64,000 nt of DNA from Dudresnaya verticillata (taxonomy: Eukaryota): positions 1,736,001 through 1,800,000 of the forward strand of contig OZ374557.1 in NCBI GenBank assembly GCA_977862235.1, given 5' to 3'. Of this stretch, positions 23,024-34,986 are shown one piece after another. Every line of letters begins with the position of its first letter. The first letter of the stretch is position 1. The notes beneath the pieces are model-generated. The model saw nothing but the letters and a program-made list of their open reading frames with translations, was not told the origin of the DNA and searched no databases. The translations under genes and the position numbers were made by a program.

Positions 23024-26000
23024 GTGTCTCACCCAAACGAGAGGTCCCTGCCTCGGGTGTTGATATGGAAGGAGGGCCCGAAGCCACTTAAGGAAGACGC
23101 CGAAGGGCGAATAGAACCGTCACAGACGTCATTGAAATGCCCATGGCGTAGGTACCAGCTCCCAAAAGGGCGGGAACAGTTGTTCGTAATGGCCAAGAGA
23201 AATTATAAGGTGTACGACGACTTGCGCACCACCACCAATACCTTGGCCCGTAAACGTACTATCCTCGACACTGGGGCTGGTCCCAAATTCATCCGCATTA
23301 ACGAGATCCCGCTAGAAGCGCGTTCGCAAATTGTCGTCAAACGTCTTCCCGTTATTTCCGACGCCAACAACAAGGCAATACAGACGCGCGGAACCATCGC
23401 CTTGGTCGTACGTCTCGGACGACGGGTCGCTAAATTGGAATTAATCGTTTTTGAACGGCTCGTTGCACCGGTCATACTGGGTTGCGACTTTTGTGACCGC
23501 TTTGTCGAGTAATATATCCGCGAAGTCGCGAGGTTGAATTGGACGACGGGACCCGAGTCCCGATCACACGTCGTCCGCTTCGCCGAACGCCGTCGTATGC
23601 GCCGTTACCACCGGAGCAAGAGTACGGCCAGGCCGGAGGCAGGACTTCACCCAAGATTCGTTCAACCGAACGTACAATCATCCCGCCTCAGGCGCAGAAG
23701 TGGGTCTCGGTAACCACGGAACGTTCCGGAGTGATCACGATTCAGCCGTTCGGAACGATGTACGATCGGTAAGGCACGCTCGATACAAACGGTATTGGCC
23801 AAGTGGAGCCGCTCAAAGCGTTCCGCATCCTAGTCGCCAACGTTTCGCCTCGGACGCATGTGCTCGCAAAAGGGCAGGTCTTTGCCATGGCGTTACCCCA
23901 TCCAACAGCAGTATTCCCCAGTCACATACGTCTGGCCGATGTATTGGGTATCGCCGAAGACCAAGCGCAGGATGAGGAAGCCAAACAAGACTTTCGTTTC
24001 AAAACGAACGATGGTGTCGCGGCAAAGCCGGATACTTTCGCTAAGTCTATCGAAGCGACGGTCGCTAAGCCTCCGTCAGTTGACGACTTAGACTTGAGTC
24101 ATCTGTCCGCGGAGCATCAAGGCCGGTTGAAGGATATGCTGCGCCGATATTCGTCGATGTGGTACGGTTCACTAGGAGAAATAACGACCACGGAGCACTA
24201 TATCGACTTGCTCCCCGGCTCTCGCCCGATCCCTTCACCGCCATATCGCGCTGGTCCGAAACAACGGCAGCTAGCTCAAACGGAGGTCGATCGCATGTTG
24301 CGTCAAGGGGTTATCGAACCCGCACAATCGCCTTGGGCGTCGCCAGTCGTCTTCGCCCCAAAGAAGGACGGTACTCTTCGATTTTGTGTAGAGTATCATC
24401 GCCTGAACGCAGTAACCGTGCGGGATACGTATCCGTTACAACGTATTGACGAACGCATCGAGAGTCTCGGGGATGCCAACGTCTTCACCACCCTAAACCA
24501 TAATAGCGGATACTGGCAAGTGCCAATTGCTCCGCAGGATCGCGACAAGACGGCCTTCACCTGCCACGCCGGTCTCTTCCTCTATAAGCTTATGCATTTC
24601 GGGTTGACCAACGCCCCGGCCATGTTTCAACGGACTCTCGACATATTACTCGCCGGGTATAAGTGGCGTTCGTGCCTCGTCTATTTGGGCGACGTTATTA
24701 TCTTTTCCAAGGACGTTGACACGCACTTCCGTCACGTTGACGAGATTCTTTCAACTCTCCACCGAGCCGGGGTGACTTTGAAGCTGGCCAAATGTGACTT
24801 CTTCACCCCGACTGTCATTTACCTGGGACACGTGATACGTCCAGGACGATTGGAAGTCGACCGAACGGTTACCGCCACATTACGCGAAGCCAAGCACCCG
24901 CGGGACCAGAAAGAGCTACGCAGCTTTCTCGGGTTGTGTAACGTCTATAGACGATTTGTGTCACGTTAAGCGCATGTCGCTGCGCGCCTCAATACGTTGC
25001 TCCGAAAGGAGCAAGAGTTCACACTACCGTCCTTTGACGAAGTGCAAGCGGCCGCTTTCGATACTCTCGTCGAGGCCGTAACCAGTCCGCCGGTGTTGGC
25101 GCTACCACAGCCAGGCTTGCAATACGCCGTTGATTGTGACGCTGCGGCTACCAAGTCGGGTGAGCTTTCTTCCAGACGCAACCCAATGGGGAACGGAAGC
25201 CACTCGGTTTCTGGTCGCGTTCGCTTACCGCTCCAGAGCGTAATTATTCCATCTCCGAGAAGGAGTGCCTGGAAGTAGTGTGGTTCGTTACAACGTTGCG
25301 CCCGTATCTCCAGATAGAGTCGTTTACCGTACATACGGACCACTCGTCGCGGAGGTGGCTGATGGAAATCAGTGACCCCTCGGGACGTTTGATGAGATGG
25401 CGACTGCGTCTTTCGGAATTCGACTTCGTCGTTAAGTACAAGAAGAGTTGCTTGAATACCCAGGCTGACGCCCTTTCGCGTCTACAGACGAATGGGGAGA
25501 CGGTTGAACCGATCGACGACGATGTACCGTGCTACCATGGGGGACACATCGAGGAGGAATATCAGACGTCAACCGACGGTTCGACTGGCGCCGAAGGTGA
25601 AGTCGACTTCTTGGAAAGGGAGATCGAAGCTTTCGACCGGCTGCTCGTCGCAAACTCGCCTTCACCGGATGAGGTGCTTCTGCGTCAGGTGACGCACGAA
25701 GAACTGATCCATGCTCAAGCCAACTACGAGTACTATACCGGAATTCGGAAGCGTCTCGATGACGGAGAGGCGACACCGTTCGCGATAAACGAGCAAGGAC
25801 GACTCATACGAACCGTGGAGGCCCGGCTACAGGTCTTTGTGCCATTCTCGTTACGCGCACGCTTCCTGCACTTCAGGCCTTACGCTAAGTTAGCGGCACA
25901 CCCCGGAGGGAGGAAGCTGTATCAAACGCTCCGACGCGAATTATATTGGCCGTCCATAACGGTAGATTGTTACGCAACTGTTCGCAACTGCGTTACTTGC

Positions 26001-27141
26001 GCGAAGAATCGCGTCCTCCTACGAACGAACGTGAAAGAGATGAAGCTGTTCCAGGCTACCGAGCCGCTCGAGTTCGTTTGTATCGATATACTAGGAGCGC
26101 TCGTACGTACGAAACGAGGGAAGAGGTTCCTCCTTTTAATCGTCGACCGCTTTTTGAAGCTGGTCAGGACGGTACCCTTGCGTACAGTTACGGCTCTGGA
26201 AATCGCAAAAGCGTTCGTCCGACATTGGGTATTCGTGTATGGTCCGCCGAAGCGTTACTGTCAGATAATGGGCCGCAGTTTGTCGCCAAACTATTCCAGG
26301 ACGTCTATGGTCTACTGGGTGTCGAGAATCTCTTCACCACGACGTATCACCCTCAGTGCAACGGACAGGTGGAACGGTTTAACCGGACGATACTCGCATC
26401 ATTGCGTCACTACGTGCCAGACCATCTTCGCGACTGGGATATGTTCACGGATGCTTTGCGTTTCGGTTACAACACGCAAATCCACTTGTCCGCACAGTTA
26501 TCGCTGTTGGAGCTGGTACTCCCCCGACCACCACTCCCGTTGTCGCTTCAAGCGGAGCCGTTGCTGTAAAGCATCCCGACCGGTGGTCAATACTAAACGA
26601 GGTGGAGAGCATGGATGACTGCATTGATGAGCACCGCGACGGTTATGTTGGGGCAAACGCAAGCCCGCTATAAGCGGAACTTCGACGCCCGAATGCGGAA
26701 TTGCGCCAAGAGATTGTCGCTGCCGACTTCGTATTTGTACGCAAGGAGTACTTCGCCAGGGGCAGCTCGAGGTATCAATCAGAGAGCAAGCATGAGTTAG
26801 CGCCAGTGGCGGATGGACCCTACAGAGTGATCAGCGTCGAAGACGGTACGATTACTGTCGACAAGGGACGTAGCGAACGCGAACGCTTGTCGAGGGACCG
26901 CGTGGTTTGGGCGCCGGCCCCTCCGGATCATGTCCCGATTAGCACTCCCACAACCGCGGAACCCCTGTCCAATAGGGCGCCGCCGAGCCAAGGAGTCTTC
27001 AACGACGGGACGGACGTCGCTACCGCAACACCCCCGAATGGGGGTGATCAAGAGATGCGTGGCGACCATCGCCAACGGGAACTAAACCAACCAGCGGTGA
27101 CGTCGGTTATACGAACCCCCTTATCAAGAACCAGGGGTTGA
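23024..27141 (+). pseudogene. pol: pol of element 2: protease, RT, RNase H, integrase
   Basis: ILDTGAG; SPWASPVV, FGLTNAP, VYLGDVII (mutated YxDD); HTDH, GRLMRWRLRL; HPG...CVTC, SDNGPQF, YHPQCNGQVER; multiple lesions. Confidence 0.96.
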
Positions 27142-28309
27142 GTCTCTGACGGTTCCTGCTGAATTAGGTACTCTGGTAAGAGTGGATGCCACTTCTGAGG
27201 ATCAAAATCCACCCAGTCTCCACGATTGAAGACTGGAGTGAGATGACCGGTATTATCCGGAAGGCGTCGATTCCTCTTGGACATTTCGCTCCAGCGGATA
27301 CGCTCTATGAATACGAGTAGGACTTCTAAGTCCTTGGCGTCTTCAGCATCCGCCGTAAGAGCCATCGGGATCAGAGCCCGAATGGCCACGCGCAATGGTT
27401 GGCCTATGAAATACAAAAGGCCTCGACGAGCCTCACAGCCCAAGGTCTGTACGACGAGGACAATCCACTCATCGCGGAAGATATTCCACAGTACACTGTC
27501 ATCCATGGCCTTAGCCATCATTTCTAGACCGAGGTAAGCGACGATAGACGGCGTTCCAACGGGCATTGAGTATGAGACCTCGAGATGTTTATGATCGTCT
27601 GGAATCTGGGGTACTTCCCGTTATACCACTCCGGCTTAATAGCCGTCACCTCTTGGCAACGGCAAGGGATGGGACAGCCTGTCTTACGGCGCTGCTTGCG
27701 CTCGAAGCGGGAGTGTTCGAACGGTATCGCTGTCTGTGGGTTGTCGAGCGTATACTTAAGATTCGACGACTCGTCCCACCGCACTACGCGGGCCATGGGA
27801 TAAGGGAAGTTATCCCTACCCTTACGTATGAGTGAGCGTTCATGCATTATCATGCGGAGATCCCACTGTCCACTATGATGGATGTCATACAACAGCTCGG
27901 CTTGGGAAGTTAACTTCTGCGTCAGAGCATTGCTCCACGCAATCTCATGCCTGAAGCGCACATAGGAAAGGTCCCATTGCAGAGTGTCTGCACCGCCATC
28001 AAGGCCCGGGAGGAACCGGTTGGTACCGGTCAAGATGCCAACGCGCGTGCGCATGAGGCAATTCCAAACACGGCTTTGAGCCATCCTCCCCCTGATGCGG
28101 CGAACCTCCTCGCGACTAGCTCCCGCCCGCATCTTTAGATGTGTTAGGTCGGTACGCAAGAGCCAGTCGCGGCTGTGGGAGATCGCTATCGGCACGCCAG
28201 CCGCATCCACCTCATGTCCCAAGACATTGGCACTCGAGTCTACCGCCCCATACGCCAAGTGTGGCGGAGCCATTTCGCTATGGCTAGCGAATACCCTAAC
28301 GACTTCCAA
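27048..28309 (-). pseudogene. Antisense accessory ORF of element 2 (27524..28309 plus 27048..27566, frameshifted)
   Basis: IAWSNALTQKLTSQAELLYDIHHSGQWD, QTLG and WVDFDP are colinear with the element 1 antisense ORF. Confidence 0.7.
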
Positions 28310-28738
28310 GCCGTCCGGGGATCAAATCTCCTAAGGTTCGGAGACCCTTCCCTTGGTTGGCGTCGGCTCCAGAACTGACCCTGCTGGGTAGTGAGCACGA
28401 CCTGATGACTCGTACGGCGTGGACGCCATTATTCTATCTGACCGTCGGCTCCAAAGCCAAGCCTCGAGGCGAGCGCGACCTGACAAAGCGGTTGGGAGCC
28501 GGCGGACGCTGAGACGCGTGCAACCTGTGCAGGCTGTCGACACCGATGGCGTACCCGACAACGGCTGTGAGCTGTGGCCGACGTCAACGCCAGAAGCGGT
28601 ACCGATAGGGAGAAGCGGCCGAGCGGTTGGGAAACAGATGGCGTCGGCGGAGCAGGGTGTGTGAGTGTGCTGGGCACAGTGAGAGAGGAGACGGCTGTGA
28701 GCCGGCGTTGAAATAGGCTCACGCCCGTCTGGCGTTTC

Positions 28739-29626
28739 TGCGGTGCAGTCCGTCTTGGACGAGTAGCACCTCCGGGCAGTTCGGACCCGGGCGTAGCGCG
28801 CTAGTAGCGAGGGTGTGGTAGAGCGTAGATAACACGCCGAGGGCGGACGTTAAACGCCCTGGGCGGTAAGAATAGGACAAAGGCACAGAAAGAGGAGAGA
28901 AAGGAAGGGAAAGAGAGAAAGACGCGTCAAGGACGTAGACAGACGCGGAAGCGTCGGCGGAGCTGCGCAGTTACCTTCGTTGGTAACGGGGAATACGCAC
29001 TAGCGAAGGGGCTTCAGGTCCGAGGCCGGCTTGCCAGGATTTACTCAACGTCCCAGACGGGTTACCTAATATACTATCGCTATGACGCGGTCTGCGGCGG
29101 AGCGTCGTGGTGCGCGGGAACTCGGAACGTGTCGCGCCCCGGTGCGTCTGACAAGTCGTCGTCGCCATGCAGCCGCGCACCCGCGGGTAAGGAGTAGCTT
29201 ACAGGTGTGCGTGCGCGTAATGAACTAGCTTACAGGCGTGCGCGCGCGTTGGTAGAGGTGATCCGGATTCGGATCCCGATCCTTGCCAGCATTGCTGGCG
29301 CGTGGGCGTGCCTTATAGGCGCATGCCTTACACTGTAGCGGATCCCGATCTTATCCCGATGTCCGATCCAGATCCATCCGGATCTGGGTCATCATTACAG
29401 GTACCCGTCTTACACCTTCCGGATCCCGATGGGCGATCCGGATGCGTGCCGCGCGGGCGTACAGTGCGTGAGCCGCTATGCCCGGCGGCGGTTGTGGCGT
29501 CCGTACGCCGTTGAGCCGGCCGTCCGTGACGTGTTCGCGCGCGCCAGCGGCGGTTGCGATGCCCGTCGGTAGACGCCTTATGGCACGCTCTGAGTGGAAA
29601 AAGGGGCTCACCCCCTTTGCACCACA
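28739..29626 (-). mobile_element. Solo LTR related to family B (888 bp), TSD GTTTC
   Basis: Termini tgcggtgca...tgcaccaca; GTTTC at 28734-28738 and 29627-29631; diverged inverted homolog of 19501-20334. Confidence 0.92.
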
Positions 29627-29703
29627 GTTTCCCGCAATCGATACCGGTCGTGCCAACGCCGACGGCTCAAGTCGCCCTGACTTGGCCTTACCGTTGAGAC
29701 GGT

Positions 29704-30476
29704 TGTAGTATAGCTGTCAGCACCCTACCAGCAGCGGCTGTAAGGTATGCTGGCAGCCCTGCACTGTAAGGGTGCACACGATGACGCCCGCTGGCGAGTC
29801 GTGGTTGGGCAGCGTGCCCTTAGTTTTTTCGTTGAATTAGTAGCGGTCGACCGCATTGCTGCCGGCAGCGGCCGCGCGCCGTGCCGCACACGGCGCGCCC
29901 CTGTGACGCTCTCCGGCATCGAGCCGTTGAGAGGGCCGCTTCCCGTTACGCCCCGCGCGCGCCCACGGGTAACCGTTACCCGGACGTGTCGACACGTGTA
30001 TGGGCGTGCGCTCGCACACCTCCCGCGTTGGTGTTGTGGGGCGCATCTACTGTAGAAGTAGTCGTAGTGCACATAGTGTAGGGTATTTAAGACCGTCTGC
30101 CATCGACGGCTCAGTAAACCGGGTAAGCAACAGCTCGCGCTGAAGCTTGCCCCCAGCCTTTTCGGGTTCGATCCCTTTGCTTACGCCAGCGGGCGGTTTC
30201 CCTTTTTCCCCTTGCCTCGCTAGGCTTTCCCCTTTCCTCTTCCTTTCCGTCGGCTTCGTGCCGCCCTTCGACAGGGACGCTGGGATCCGGCCGCTGCCTA
30301 CCCGCGTACGGTACGCCCCGTGCGCGCTCCGGCATCGACGCCGTCGATCCGCACCTGCGGGGCGCACGCGGCCGACACCGCTCTACCAACCCCAACAGCT
30401 ACCCATCGACGGGTCTGTGTGGCGGCTTCGGACCAGCAAGTATCAGACATCGGATCGACCCGAAGTCTATACTACA
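29704..30476 (+). mobile_element. LTR, family D (773 bp), no matching 5-bp TSD
   Basis: Perfect 10-bp termini tgtagtatag...ctatactaca; tatttaa plus agtaaa-ccgggtaagca core; flanks acggt / aggtg. Confidence 0.85.
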
Positions 30477-30760
30477 AGGTGGTACTGTGACGTACTCACG
30501 TACGCATGTGCGCTACCATCGTGGCCAAAGGACTTCACTAACCGAGACGGTTGTCCATGGACCAAATGGTTACTGTTCTCAAGTGAGATTTGGGGCCCCA
30601 CATTGGACGGGTCTCGATAACCGCTTATGGTAACTATTGAAGTCATTACCGTTCTGGAAGACGTTTCCCGTTAACCACGATGGTCTTCCGTATGGTAAGC
30701 CTCCGCTTGGACGGTGACGTTGGGTCACCAAAATGGTATTCGGAAAGGCGCTGGACCGTT

Positions 30761-31435
30761 TGTGGTGAAGTGGGCCGTGGCGCGCACGCGGCACGCCGAC
30801 GGCGAGCCAACCGTAACGGGTGATGTGGCAATACGCCACGCTGATGATCTGGCAACGTGTAACCGTGTCGGATGTGGTGCGCATTGCTGTACGCCGGTAC
30901 GCATTGCTGTACAGCAGTGAAGCGCACCAACCATATCGGAGTATTTGTAGTATTTATTCTTTATTTTTAGTGAGTCTGTGTACAGTGTGTAGAGTAGCGC
31001 GCCAGCCAATGAGAATGCTGCGCATGTCCGTGTCGGAGATCGGGCCCAGCAGGGCCGATTCCACCATGGGACCAGACCACTAGGGTCTGGTCCCCACGGA
31101 CCGGACCGCTCGGTGCCACCCTGACTTGTATATCAGGGCGGCACCGCAGCGGCTCCTAAGGTAAACGGGTAAGCAACCTTAGCCCAATCCTTTACGGTTT
31201 TCCCCGCGCCGAGCCCGTTGCGGTCTACCACCACCACCGTTACGGAGTCCGTCCCAGCACTTGTACCACCCCCTTGTCTGTTGCTTCCCAATATCCGTCT
31301 CGGTTAGCCGCTCGCTGTTCTCCCGTCTCGGTGCGAACTGCTCTACCACCCCGTGGAGGTAGTGTTGCTCTCGTCCGTTAAGGAAAGTCAGGCAAGCTGT
31401 CCGTCTCGGAGTTCGTGGGTTTTCACTACACCACA
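30761..31435 (+). mobile_element. Solo LTR, family C (675 bp), TSD CCGTT
   Basis: tgtggtgaag...tacaccaca; CCGTT at 30756-30760 and 31436-31440; CCAAT and TATA-like elements inside. Confidence 0.93.
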
Positions 31436-32088
31436 CCGTTCAGAACGCGTACGCTGGGGAGCCTCCAAGGTTCGCGAACGCGTAAGCGAAAACCCCTGAG
31501 GTCCACCTCTCTGAGCTTGGGATACACCTGAGAGACTTCCCAAGCTCCGGAGGTTCCCATGGGGCTGAAACGACGGTGGTGAGCACGACGGAAACCTTCG
31601 CAGAAACGCAAAGTCTCGCAAACGCGTGAGCCCCGGGCGGTGTGCGGTCTTCGTTGGACGTTAACCCACATTGGTAACCTTCCTGGTTCTCGTCGCAGTC
31701 CAGCGCGTAGCCTCGTCCTCCCGCCGAAAGGGTAAACCATTTTAGAAACCACGAAGGGTATTTTCGATAACGAGAGCAGTTCTGGGCTGGTGGGGGCCAA
31801 AGACCGCACAGGACTTGACCAGATGGAGGCGTTTCTATGGAACCGGGTTGAGGAGTACCATTTCGGTGACGTACACGTGGCAACACACAGGTTCTGCGAT
31901 TGGCCGTGGGAGCATAAATATGCGTGCCAATTGTCAAACGCTCATTGGGTGTTTCCAAATGACTGGGCACGTTCTAATTGGTCAAAATCAGATGTTGTCA
32001 CAAAGCTGCTGCAAACCATTTGGTGACATTTCTCTACGTCCCACGCCGGGGCGACACGAGGACGTGTCGCAAACTTGGACGGGGGTTC

Positions 32089-32592
32089 TGTAATACAGTG
32101 AAAGGCTTGCAGAAGCGGCGTGGAACTATTCCAGGATGATGAATAGCGCCTAAGATCTAGATTTGAAGTGACCCTCCAGGTAACTGACAAGTGGTCCATT
32201 TCGGGACACATCCAGTGTTATTTTATGATTATTTATTAGTAGTGTAGGCGGGCCTTGTACAGAGTCCTCAGAAGCGGTGTCAGGGGCCCAAACGGTAGCC
32301 TTTTTCCATATAAGGTGCACCATTGTGGCAACTACTGCACAGTAAAGGTAAGCACCCTTCCGGCCCAAACCCGTTTCCAAGCCATCGGCACCGAAGCGCA
32401 CTCGTCACCCGCGCCCGGTTAACCGCCCGCCCAGTGAACGGTTACGATGCCGTGCCTCCGTTAAGGGTACAATTGTTCTGTCCGGTTCTGGGTTCTTCCG
32501 CTCTACCACTGCTACCGAGGATCCGCTCTGCGTTACTCTTGGGGAGTTGCACTCTCTGAGTTCGCAAGAGACCTAAAAGGCACTACCTTACA
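32089..32592 (+). repeat. 3' LTR, diverged family A
   Basis: tgtaatacagtgaa...caagagacctaaaagg...ccttaca, colinear with 8303-8821. Confidence 0.92.
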
Positions 32593-33558
32593 GCTAGGAG
32601 AGGGAATAGGGAGAGGAACAATGGGTTCGATGCAAAGTTTGTTGGGGGAGGGTGGTTGCGGGGTGCGGTAGAAACTGGAGGGGATGGATTCACGCATCCA
32701 GGTCGGTTATATATATATATTGCCTCGTGTGCACGTCGTCCGTCATTTTCCGCCCTCGGTTACTACCGTTACATACCATTGGCTCTCGACGGTCGTTGAC
32801 GATTGAGTTTATGATGGTGTACGCATACCTTCCCGTTCGCGGCAAATTGCATGTGGGTGCGTGCATCCAGCCAGTTTCGGAGTGACTAATTAAGTAATTT
32901 TCTAATTACAAGCATGACAGTGCGTAGCAGGGCAGCGTGACGTGCCGGTTAGACAGTTCCAGCACGGCGCATAACGCGTGGTGGAACCACGTGTACACGT
33001 TGTGTACAGCTGGAGGGTACGTGGAGCGCAGGACGCGCTCGCGCGCGCGCGCACAGAATTGCGCGCGCACGGCGCGTTGTGTGGCGTGGGTGTTGGTGGG
33101 TGACACCTGGGGCGCCTGGGTGGCCTGGGGGCTGTTTTGCAAACCTCGGCGCTTCTACCCTTCTCCAGTAGGATTCTCGGCGGCTGCAGTTTAATGTATT
33201 GGGCCGCCAGGGCCAACTGACGGTTGCGTTCTAGGCTCATGTCAATACAGGAATTCGGAGGGGACGAAACATTAGGCACGTACATCACTTATCATAACTC
33301 GACCGTCGGGCATAGGAGCGCCCAGACACAGCTAGGGTTGGAGCGGAAATAGGACGTGCGGCCTAGAAGTAATCAGAAAATAGCTGAAGTGTGATGGGAC
33401 GTGCGGCCTAAAAGTAATTACAATAAGCCTCCTCGAAACCTGCGCCCGCGACCGTCTGCCGCAGCCCCCCAGCCCCCCCCCCAGCGCCCCCTGGAATACG
33501 CGTTACAGCTCTTGCTGCAAAAGTCATTGCAGTCGAGGTCACGCAGCGTGACATTGGT

Positions 33559-34052
33559 CATGCAGAAACCCACAAATGTGCATTCACAGACAATGATGCC
33601 CGCGAAATCATATCCACAGGTCTCGCAGAACGCAATTATTAGTTTACACTGCACTTGCAAGCCCTTTGCATATACTATTTCATAGACATGAAGACTCCAA
33701 ACACATTTTCACAACCAGCTTCCCCTGCAATTTGACTTCTCTGGAGATATGCTCCCTGAAAACCCTTTCTCATACTCAACAGTACTACAAACGCGTTTTA
33801 TATTTTGCATGCAGAAACCCACAAATATGTATTCACAGCCAACATTGCTTGCGAAATCACATCCATAGGTCCCCCAGGCCACTATTATCAGTTTACAATG
33901 CGCTTGTACATCCTTTGCATATACTATTTCATAGACATGAAGACTCCGAACACGTTTTCACAACCGGCGTCCCCCGCAATTTGATTTCTCTGGATACATA
34001 CCGCCTGAAAAACCTTTCCAATAATCAACAATTCTATAAACGCGTTTTATAT
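33559..34052 (+). repeat. Two-copy tandem duplication, 249-bp period
   Basis: catgcagaaacccacaaat at 33559 and 33808; ctttgcatatactatttcatagacatgaagactcc present in both copies. Confidence 0.92.
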
Positions 34053-34986
34053 GCCTTTGGTAGCAAATCATTATGTTGAAGGGCTACAGCGGCCCAAATA
34101 CAGCTTTCACAGTTAAACGTGTCCTCGGAAGATATTTCACAGACAATATGGCTTTCAAAATGCTTTATTCAGTCACTATGTGTTATATATGCGGTTCTAT
34201 TGCTTTGCAACTATGAAAACGCGTATTGCTGGCCTTTCCGTGACGTACATTTCTTGCCTCGCGAGGTTACAGTGGTCAATGAACACATATTAAGAGCCGT
34301 AAGGTACACTTAATATATTTACTGAACGAGGAGATCAATATGTTTCTTTCAATGTCCGATTTGTCTGTAAAGACCTGTTTTGAAGAAAGATATTTCCAAA
34401 AGCATTCCATAAACAGCACCGTACCGAGAAAAATCTTCTTTTTGTACCTGTTACTAGCTTATAATGATATTCTACAGCTGCTCCATTCTTGTTATACATT
34501 TCTCGGACAGATATTGCATAAAATATTCGTCTTGCACTAGTTATCTCCCTACTTATGGTTCTGATACTTAGCATATCGCCATCATGGAGAGCACCATGCT
34601 ATTATTCCGAGATCTTTGATCCGCCTGAAAAGGAGGTATTTCAGACAATTCGAATTATAAGATATCTTTCAATATGTCATGGGTCTGTAGAAATCCTTTT
34701 ACAATACATTTAGGCTGTAAACGTATTGTTCACAAGCACAAGTGGCAGTGAAGCAGGTATCATAGACACCTTTTAGAAGAATGGGAGCAGGCAGATAGCA
34801 TGCCTGCCTGCAGGCAATTCATCACTGTTCAATACGAGTTTCTTCAATTCTCATTTATAACTGAACGCTATACGCCACTGAACATAAATCAAATACTAGG
34901 AGATTGCTTCGAAGCGAACGAGAAGCGATCTCATAATAAGTTGCGTGATTACTATCTCTGGCGCTTGCCAAGCTTGCCAGCTATCT

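Larger units (their letters stand above)
19501..29703 (+). mobile_element. Ty3/Gypsy LTR retrotransposon (element 2), decayed, 3' LTR missing
   Basis: LTR-PBS-gag-PR-RT-RH-INT-antisense ORFs; ends at an unrelated LTR at 29704. Confidence 0.93.
30477..32592 (+). mobile_element. 3' remnant of a third Gypsy element related to family A
   Basis: Pre-LTR ggcgacacgaggacgtgtcgcaa...ggggg resembles the element 1 3' end, followed by a family-A-like LTR. Confidence 0.7.

Noticed and set aside
28739..29626. Built-in inverted LTR of element 2 (DIRS-like ends or an intrinsic antisense promoter)
   Set aside because: It has its own TG...CA termini and a perfect GTTTC TSD, so it is a later solo-LTR insertion; the host has a DDE integrase, not a tyrosine recombinase
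32902..33288. 128-aa minus-strand ORF
   Set aside because: Short, runs through GC-dinucleotide-rich sequence, no motif
33465..33493. C-rich tract as an inverted terminus matching the G-rich tract at ~6503-6532
   Set aside because: Low-complexity similarity only; no TSD identified
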